Source: an uncultured Chloroflexia bacterium (GTDB taxonomy: Bacteria > Chloroflexota > Anaerolineae > Anaerolineales > UBA4823). Taken from it: a stretch of DNA of 64,000 bases. The stretch's first letter is position 1. Each line of letters starts with the position of its first letter. The notes under the pieces were generated by a model that saw only the letters and a list, made by a program, of their open reading frames with translations, made no database searches and was not told the origin of the DNA. The stretch is taken from contig CAVSBZ010000005.1 in NCBI GenBank assembly GCA_963726315.1, positions 1,794,829 to 1,858,828 on the forward strand, read 5' to 3'. The translations under genes were made by a program, and so were the position numbers. This document shows positions 58,826 to 64,000 of the stretch, one piece after another.

Positions 58826-58858
58826 GGCTGGAGGCCTGATCATCTCAAGCCTCCAGCC
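58826..58858 (-). terminator. Hairpin after the 897-aa cupredoxin-repeat gene
   Basis: 10-bp stem GGCTGGAGGC / GCCTCCAGCC with a 13-nt loop. On the minus strand it is followed by TCAAATTCTTTC. Confidence 0.45.
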
Positions 58859-58875
58859 ATGGAATTCATTGTTAA

Positions 58876-61569
58876 CTACGGGATATCAAACGCATCGATA
58901 TCCTGGTTGCTATTCGTCAATCCACGTGCGGTACCGTCGAAGTACAATAGCCAGGTACCATTGTTGTAGTAAACAACATCCTCATCTTGGACTGCTCCAA
59001 GACCCACGATCGTCGTATTATCCGCAGAGAAGGAAAGGTAGAAGTGAGTGGCATCGATCCACACTAACCCGTCCACACCGGTATTATTATTGCCAGATGT
59101 AACCGGAACACCGATTGTAGAGGCATCCACTACACGACTGAAAGCTGTTCCATTCCAGAGATAGATATCGGCTGCATCTGCAGTACCACTGACACCTGGT
59201 GGGTTAGAATTACCAACCGTGGAGAAGTAAATCGTGCTTCCAACGACAGTGAATGCATCGATATCCAGGTTATTGCTATTCAGTCCCCGGGCGGTTCCGT
59301 CAAAGAACACAGACCACGTCCCTGCGTTGTAGTAAACGATATCTTCATCCTGGACAGTTCCGGGTCCCGGTACGGACACGTTACCACTGAAAGACATGTA
59401 GAAGTGGGTCGCATCAACACGGTCGAAGCCATCGACATTCGCTCCACTTGGGAGGGAATATGGTGCAATTGAGGCATCAATCACACGGCTGAATACAGCG
59501 CCGTTCCACAAGTAGATATCCGCATCATCCGCAGTTCCACCGACACCTGGAGGATTCGTTGTTCCAAGGGTCGAGAAATAGAGCGACTTTTTGATCACCA
59601 GGACTGTGGTGCTCATTCCACCCCAATTCCCAGATGCGTCCTTGGCATGGACATAGATGGTATGGCTGCCCTCTGAGAGAGGAGCGATCACGGCGAGTGG
59701 GATATCATAGAGACCTGTTTCTGATGGGCTGTTAAAAGTGCCATCGCTCGCAGCGAAGACATAACCCGTGCCAGTTGTGCCAACCGTATCCAGGAAACCT
59801 TCAGCTGCGGCAATGTTTGAACCGCCGGTAGCTGCATCACTGAAGCTGGCTGTCACGCGCACTGCCTGAACGCTGGTATTGAATCCCCAGCTGCCATTAT
59901 TCGGATTGGGTGAAGCACTGACTCCGCTGGTGGTAGGACCAGTTTGGTCAACAACCAAGGTGATCGTGGCTGGTATGCCCCAATTGCCAAGTGCATCCTG
60001 GCTGCGAACTGAGACAGTATAAAGACCCGCGGTGAGACCGGAAGGAGGAATCACAGCACTCAGGGTTTTCACCGGTGCTGGAGAACTGACTGTGACGGCC
60101 GCTGGTGCACCGCTATCGATCCAGTATTCCGCCGCGGTGACATTGCTGTTGCCGTTGGCACTGTCATTGGCAGTGAAAGACAAGGTCACGTTCACTGAAC
60201 CATTACTGGGATTGGGTGTCAGGCTAAGTCCACTGGTTACAGGACCTGAGTTATCCACGATCAGGTTGATCGTCCCGGTCGAACTCCAATTCCCCGCTGC
60301 GTCTTGGGCACGAACTGATACGACATGTGTTCCTGCGCTAAAGCTGGATCCGATTGAAGTGCTCAACGGAACAACCGGTGCCGGCGAACCGACTGGGATG
60401 GCTGTTGCAGCACCACTATCAATCCAGTATTCCGCCGCAACGACATTGCTATTGCCGGTTGTCGTGTCATTTGCAGTGAAGGAAAGGTTTACATTCACTG
60501 AACCAATACTGGGATTGGGTGATAAGCTCAGGGATGAAAGTAAGGGCCCAGTTATGTCAGGTCCCGGGGGCGGTGTAGAACCCACTGTTAGGAAGGTCAG
60601 CATGCCACCGACACCTGAGTTTGTAGCACCAGTGCCAGTGTTGTTGCGTAAAGACATATTAGCATCATAAAGAGCGAACATGTCTCCTGTGACAGCTGTG
60701 GCGGGGATGACGACGAGGGTATCCAGGGTTTGCCCGGTGGCGATCGTTTCTGCGACCACCTTATGTGAAAGAGCATATGGGCTCCCATCCTGGGCGATGA
60801 TGGTTTGCGAAAGGCCGAGGGTGCTCATTGCATGCGCTTGCAAGCCAGCATTTACATAACGAAAGAGTACTGTATCAGCAGGATCGACTGCAAAGGGAAG
60901 TGTTCCGGGATAGGCTTTTCCGTTGATCAGGAAGTACCTAGGGTTGTATTCACGCATGTCAAAAGCGGCTGAATCGCCTAAGGGATTCTTCGTTGTGACG
61001 GCATATAGTGAAGGATCGAATTCGCTCAGAACCAGGACTGTTTCTTTAGTGAATGCTGTGCTCGGATCATCATATGCCTGACCAAGAGCTGCAGGTCGTA
61101 CGATCAGTGCACCGTATAACCCCATCGCCACTTGATGTTGGGCGTTGGCAAGCAGGCCTGCTTCGTAGAGGAAAGTCCCTGCACTGCTGGCTGTGAACGT
61201 ATACGTAAAGGACCCACCAGGTGCAACACCGACCGTATCAGGGATCATATCCTGACCCTGGAAGAGTAAAGACGTAGTTTCGGAAAGGTCGTTATATAAG
61301 GTTATCCCCACACATACTCCCTGACTGACGTCCAAGACGGGACCAGGTAGGGTTGCGTCACCACCAGCTGTGCTGGAGTATCCATAGATGTTCACCGTGG
61401 TAGTCCCATACAGGGTGGCTATTCCCGTTTTAGCATATAAGTCAAAGCTAACTGTAGGTGTACAGGGGGCGGCATAAGCCACGGATGATTTTAGCCCAGC
61501 AGCGAGCATCGCCACCAGCACAAGCAGTGCCATTGTTATTTTTAGTGTATTGCGTGTTATTGTTTGCAT
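58876..61569 (-). CDS. Secreted two-cupredoxin (MCO-like, copper ligands absent) protein fused to 3 Ig-like repeats and 2 C-terminal repeats of about 116 aa
   Basis: ATG 61569 (AAGGAG 6 nt upstream) gives MQTITRNTLKITMALLVLVAMLAAGLKSSVAYA as signal peptide. LLFQGQD replaces HWHG and FLYEAG replaces the HxH motif. See the repeat features below. Confidence 0.75.
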   Translation of the reverse strand: MQTITRNTLKITMALLVLVAMLAAGLKSSVAYAAPCTPTVSFDLYAKTGIATLYGTTTVNIYGYSSTAGGDATLPGPVLDVSQGVCVGITLYNDLSETTSLLFQGQDMIPDTVGVAPGGSFTYTFTASSAGTFLYEAGLLANAQHQVAMGLYGALIVRPAALGQAYDDPSTAFTKETVLVLSEFDPSLYAVTTKNPLGDSAAFDMREYNPRYFLINGKAYPGTLPFAVDPADTVLFRYVNAGLQAHAMSTLGLSQTIIAQDGSPYALSHKVVAETIATGQTLDTLVVIPATAVTGDMFALYDANMSLRNNTGTGATNSGVGGMLTFLTVGSTPPPGPDITGPLLSSLSLSPNPSIGSVNVNLSFTANDTTTGNSNVVAAEYWIDSGAATAIPVGSPAPVVPLSTSIGSSFSAGTHVVSVRAQDAAGNWSSTGTINLIVDNSGPVTSGLSLTPNPSNGSVNVTLSFTANDSANGNSNVTAAEYWIDSGAPAAVTVSSPAPVKTLSAVIPPSGLTAGLYTVSVRSQDALGNWGIPATITLVVDQTGPTTSGVSASPNPNNGSWGFNTSVQAVRVTASFSDAATGGSNIAAAEGFLDTVGTTGTGYVFAASDGTFNSPSETGLYDIPLAVIAPLSEGSHTIYVHAKDASGNWGGMSTTVLVIKKSLYFSTLGTTNPPGVGGTADDADIYLWNGAVFSRVIDASIAPYSLPSGANVDGFDRVDATHFYMSFSGNVSVPGPGTVQDEDIVYYNAGTWSVFFDGTARGLNSNNLDIDAFTVVGSTIYFSTVGNSNPPGVSGTADAADIYLWNGTAFSRVVDASTIGVPVTSGNNNTGVDGLVWIDATHFYLSFSADNTTIVGLGAVQDEDVVYYNNGTWLLYFDGTARGLTNSNQDIDAFDIP
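58879..59586 (-). repeat. Two tandem coding repeats of about 116 aa (YFST.G..NPPGV.GTAD.ADIYLWNG..FSRV.DAS...DATHFY.SFS...VQDED.VYYN.GTW..FDGTARGL...N.DIDAF)
   Basis: Residues 671-786 and 787-906 of the 906-aa ORF align position by position. Confidence 0.75.
59590..60564 (-). repeat. Three tandem Ig-like coding repeats (about 100-118 aa each)
   Basis: Residues about 345-669. GP.TSGLSL(S/T)PNPS.GSVNV.LSFTAND...GNSNV.AAEYWIDSGA...AG.H/Y.VSVR.QDA.GNW... occurs twice almost identically and a third time diverged. Confidence 0.75.
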
Positions 61570-61586
61570 GTTAGTCTCCTTAGCCC

Positions 61587-62867
61587 TTATGGACAATTGT
61601 TGGGCAGGGGTGGGTCAACCCGCAGATAAGTGATCGGACCGGACATAGTCTGTCCGAAAGCATCCAGCTGGAACAATGCGTGGTTGTGCGAGATAATGTA
61701 ATACTCGCCGCACTGGTTAAGCGTGTTGGTGCCCGGGGGCATAGTCTCCATCGAACCCAGGTACGGGCTGCCGCTGTAGAACATGCCGATCATCACATTC
61801 ACCAGGTCTGGCACGGGGACCGGGACCTGATTTGATGGGCTATAACCTTCTGCGTCGTGCCATTTGAAGATCACATCCCAGGTTTGACCCGGACCGATAT
61901 TGACGGCGAATTTCTCGAACGACAGGTCTTGACCACCAGAACCTTCCAGTGGATAACCATCGCGGCCAATCACCAATCCATTCTGCCCGTGGGGGTGGAA
62001 TGGATATTCTTCAGATCCCACATTGATGAAGCGTTCCACTGCGGGATAAGGATGGGTGGCAGCATCATATGGATAGATACTTGCCAAAGCACCATAGGGT
62101 TGAGCTGTCAACCAGGGAGCGTTGTTATCGGCGATGCTATCCGGGAAGCCGCGCCCATTAATCAGCCAGTAGCGCGCGTCATAATTGTTCAGGTTGAAGT
62201 TTTTACCGTTGGATGAACTTAACTCCCATGCCTGATGCTGAAAAGGATCTATTTCTGACAACAATGCCATGAATTCTTCGGTGGGAGTGAATTGGCTGTC
62301 GGCTCGGTTATAAACGTAGTTGGCACCCAAGCTAGGTCGGACGATCAAGGCTCCGAACAAGCCCATGGGTACCTGGGTTTTGGTATCGGTCCCGCTCTCA
62401 TAGATGAACGTGCCGGGGCGGGTGGCGATAAAACTATACGTAATGCTTTCACCATTAGCCACACTGTTGGTTAGCGAATTGTTCGCTAAATCAGGTTGGG
62501 CAAGTCCGGTACCGGCAACGACATTCTCCTGCCCGGGGAACATGATCGAAGTTCTGAGACTATAGGGCAGGGAATTAGTGAGAACTACAGTTACCGTATC
62601 CCCTTCATTGACGCACAGCGTGGGACCCGGGTGCTGGAATGCTCCACCAGTCAGGCTATAACTCCACATATACATGGCGTTCATGTCGGGCATTTGGATG
62701 TAACCAGACTGTGCTGTCAGTTCGAAAGTTGGTCCGGTGGTACACAGGATGCCTGTTTGCGGGAGTGCAGCTTTTGCGAGTTGAACCGGTGCCAGCGGGC
62801 TCAATGCCAGCAGCCCCAGGATGACTACCATCGCCAACCGCATCCATTTATTTTTAGTTGTACGCAT
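61587..62867 (-). CDS. Secreted multicopper-oxidase-like protein with partial ligand set (HPH and HNH only; no type-1 Cys)
   Basis: 426 aa with a signal peptide. In the N-domain IMFPGQE replaces HWHG and FIYESG replaces the HxH motif. The C-domain keeps YPFHPHG and IISHNHALFQ, where HNH sits at the HCH position. Confidence 0.75.
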   Translation of the reverse strand: MRTTKNKWMRLAMVVILGLLALSPLAPVQLAKAALPQTGILCTTGPTFELTAQSGYIQMPDMNAMYMWSYSLTGGAFQHPGPTLCVNEGDTVTVVLTNSLPYSLRTSIMFPGQENVVAGTGLAQPDLANNSLTNSVANGESITYSFIATRPGTFIYESGTDTKTQVPMGLFGALIVRPSLGANYVYNRADSQFTPTEEFMALLSEIDPFQHQAWELSSSNGKNFNLNNYDARYWLINGRGFPDSIADNNAPWLTAQPYGALASIYPYDAATHPYPAVERFINVGSEEYPFHPHGQNGLVIGRDGYPLEGSGGQDLSFEKFAVNIGPGQTWDVIFKWHDAEGYSPSNQVPVPVPDLVNVMIGMFYSGSPYLGSMETMPPGTNTLNQCGEYYIISHNHALFQLDAFGQTMSGPITYLRVDPPLPNNCP

Positions 62868-62896
62868 TTTTAATTACTCCTTCTGACTAATCCCCG

Positions 62897-64000
62897 CTAA
62901 ACAGCGGGGTATTCGACGGGGTGTTGGTTTAAATACTCTTGGTCACCAAGGGTACCGGTGGGATAGACACGCACTTCCGTACGCTGCCCCGCTGCCCCAC
63001 CAGGGGACAGGTTGCTATCTTGGGTGTAGCGGCGGTTGTACAAGATATACTTGTCGTAGCTACGTCCTTGTTCATCAGTATCAGTGCCACCGCTAAAGGG
63101 TGGGGCTTGAATGATGACATCGTAGCTTTCACCGGCACCCATCAGGAGCGTATCGGTGAAGTAGCTGGTATCGGTGCCGTCACGACCCCTCATCGGGGTG
63201 GCATCACGCCCAACAACCCTCATCTTTATGCCTGCCAGGGTCATGGCTGCTTCACGGAAACCCAGGTTGGCAAAGCGCAGCAGGACTCTTTCGTTTTCAT
63301 TGCAAGCGACCAGGGCTGAATGTGGGTTATATTGCAAGTGCTCGTACCCCGGAAGAGTCATCAAATCACCATTGGCATCCGTCTGGACGGTCAAAGCGTG
63401 AGCTGAAGATCCAATGGAATTTGGACGATCGATCGGTGAGTTGGGATGCAATGTATCCGGATAGACTCGCCCGTTGAGCAAGCTGAAATCCGCTTCAAAA
63501 AGGCTCCAATCGGATTCCTGGATGTGAGCATCGTTCCAGTGACCCAGCAACCAAATTTCACTCAGGAACAGGGCATTTTCACGGTCATAGCCGGTTGAAC
63601 CGTCACCATCGTTATAGGCAAATTTGGTATAACCACCAATACTTTGCCCATTCTGTAATGGGCGGACGAACACGATCCCGGTCATGCCCATGGTTACATG
63701 TTCGATATCTTCCACATGGCAGTGATACATGTAAGTCCCCGGATCGCGCGGGCGATACACATAGGTAAAGAACTGGTTGACTGGCACTGCGACTGAACCG
63801 GTTGGTTCGCCGTCAAAGAACGGGATTACATTCCGAAAGCCATGCCAGTGCAAGGTATGGGCATCCGTCAGATCTGGGCGTAGCGCCAGGCCCAGGTTGG
63901 TGAGCTGAACTTTGAAATCTTTAGGATTACTCGGATCAAACTGATCCACCCAGAAAAAAGGCGCATTGTGCTGAGCCTTTTCCTTCTGGTTTAGGCGCTG
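62897..64000 (-). CDS. Multicopper oxidase-type protein with intact HWHG and HCH-x5-H-x4-M motifs; 5' end beyond the window
   Basis: The frame stays open from 63949 to 64000 (QRLNQKEKAQHNAPFFW-V...), so the track's GTG start is probably internal. Contains LHWHGF and YHCHVEDIEHVTMGM in one cupredoxin domain, followed by a ligand-free cupredoxin domain. Confidence 0.8.
   Translation of the reverse strand, partial: QRLNQKEKAQHNAPFFWVDQFDPSNPKDFKVQLTNLGLALRPDLTDAHTLHWHGFRNVIPFFDGEPTGSVAVPVNQFFTYVYRPRDPGTYMYHCHVEDIEHVTMGMTGIVFVRPLQNGQSIGGYTKFAYNDGDGSTGYDRENALFLSEIWLLGHWNDAHIQESDWSLFEADFSLLNGRVYPDTLHPNSPIDRPNSIGSSAHALTVQTDANGDLMTLPGYEHLQYNPHSALVACNENERVLLRFANLGFREAAMTLAGIKMRVVGRDATPMRGRDGTDTSYFTDTLLMGAGESYDVIIQAPPFSGGTDTDEQGRSYDKYILYNRRYTQDSNLSPGGAAGQRTEVRVYPTGTLGDQEYLNQHPVEYPAV

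Noticed and set aside
61570-61596. 10-nt overlap and translational coupling between the 426-aa and 906-aa cupredoxin ORFs
   Set aside because: The overlap depends on a non-ATG start at 61596. ATG 61569, with AAGGAG 6 nt upstream, gives a proper signal peptide and leaves a 17-nt spacer instead.

Overview
64-kb bacterial chromosomal window with about 55 protein genes. The gene content looks Chloroflexota/Anaerolineae-like, but that is only a guess. Functions come from motif and family recognition by eye; no searches were run.

Layout:
- 1-42.9 kb is core/housekeeping. It holds a GlcD/GlcF-type FAD/Fe-S oxidoreductase that runs off the left edge, a thrC-family gene, an aminotransferase, pckA, hflX, an M28 peptidase, trmFO, a thiolase, and hypABFCDE with no hydrogenase structural genes. 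It continues with a methyltransferase, rel/spoT, an SRAP peptidase, an MOFRL glycerate kinase, csoR-copZ-copA, smc, rnc, moaD/E-moaC-mtnA, ftsY, prfB, a large membrane protein, rpmF, fabD-fabG, asp23-nusB and tatB-tatC.
- 42.9-49 kb holds two thiolase plus two DUF35 genes and an 835-aa lipoprotein.
- 49-54.7 kb is a patchwork. It contains an AT-rich stretch with type I-E-like CRISPR repeat relics, a 5'-truncated IS66 transposase, a lipoprotein, a degenerate tRNA-derived sequence, a low-GC AlbA_2-like gene, a gene remnant and a P-loop kinase.
- 54.9-64 kb is an accessory envelope cluster on the minus strand: three tandem cupredoxin/multicopper-oxidase (MCO)-like genes, two paralogous membrane proteins, an S8 protease and a 59-aa tatA that the ORF track misses.

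Most interesting observations:
1. In the MCO-like trio the canonical copper ligands appear divided between two subunits, and the third subunit is ligand-free and fused to Ig-like and other repeats.
2. Seven gene-disrupting lesions (5 frameshifts, 2 in-frame TAA) sit in five otherwise conserved genes: rel, csoR, smc, tatC and a membrane protein. One rel frameshift lies exactly on a canonical -1 slippery heptamer. prfB carries the genuine CTT TGA C +1 site.
3. A tRNA-derived relic lies next to a low-GC islet.

Both window-edge genes are absent from, or truncated in, the supplied ORF track.
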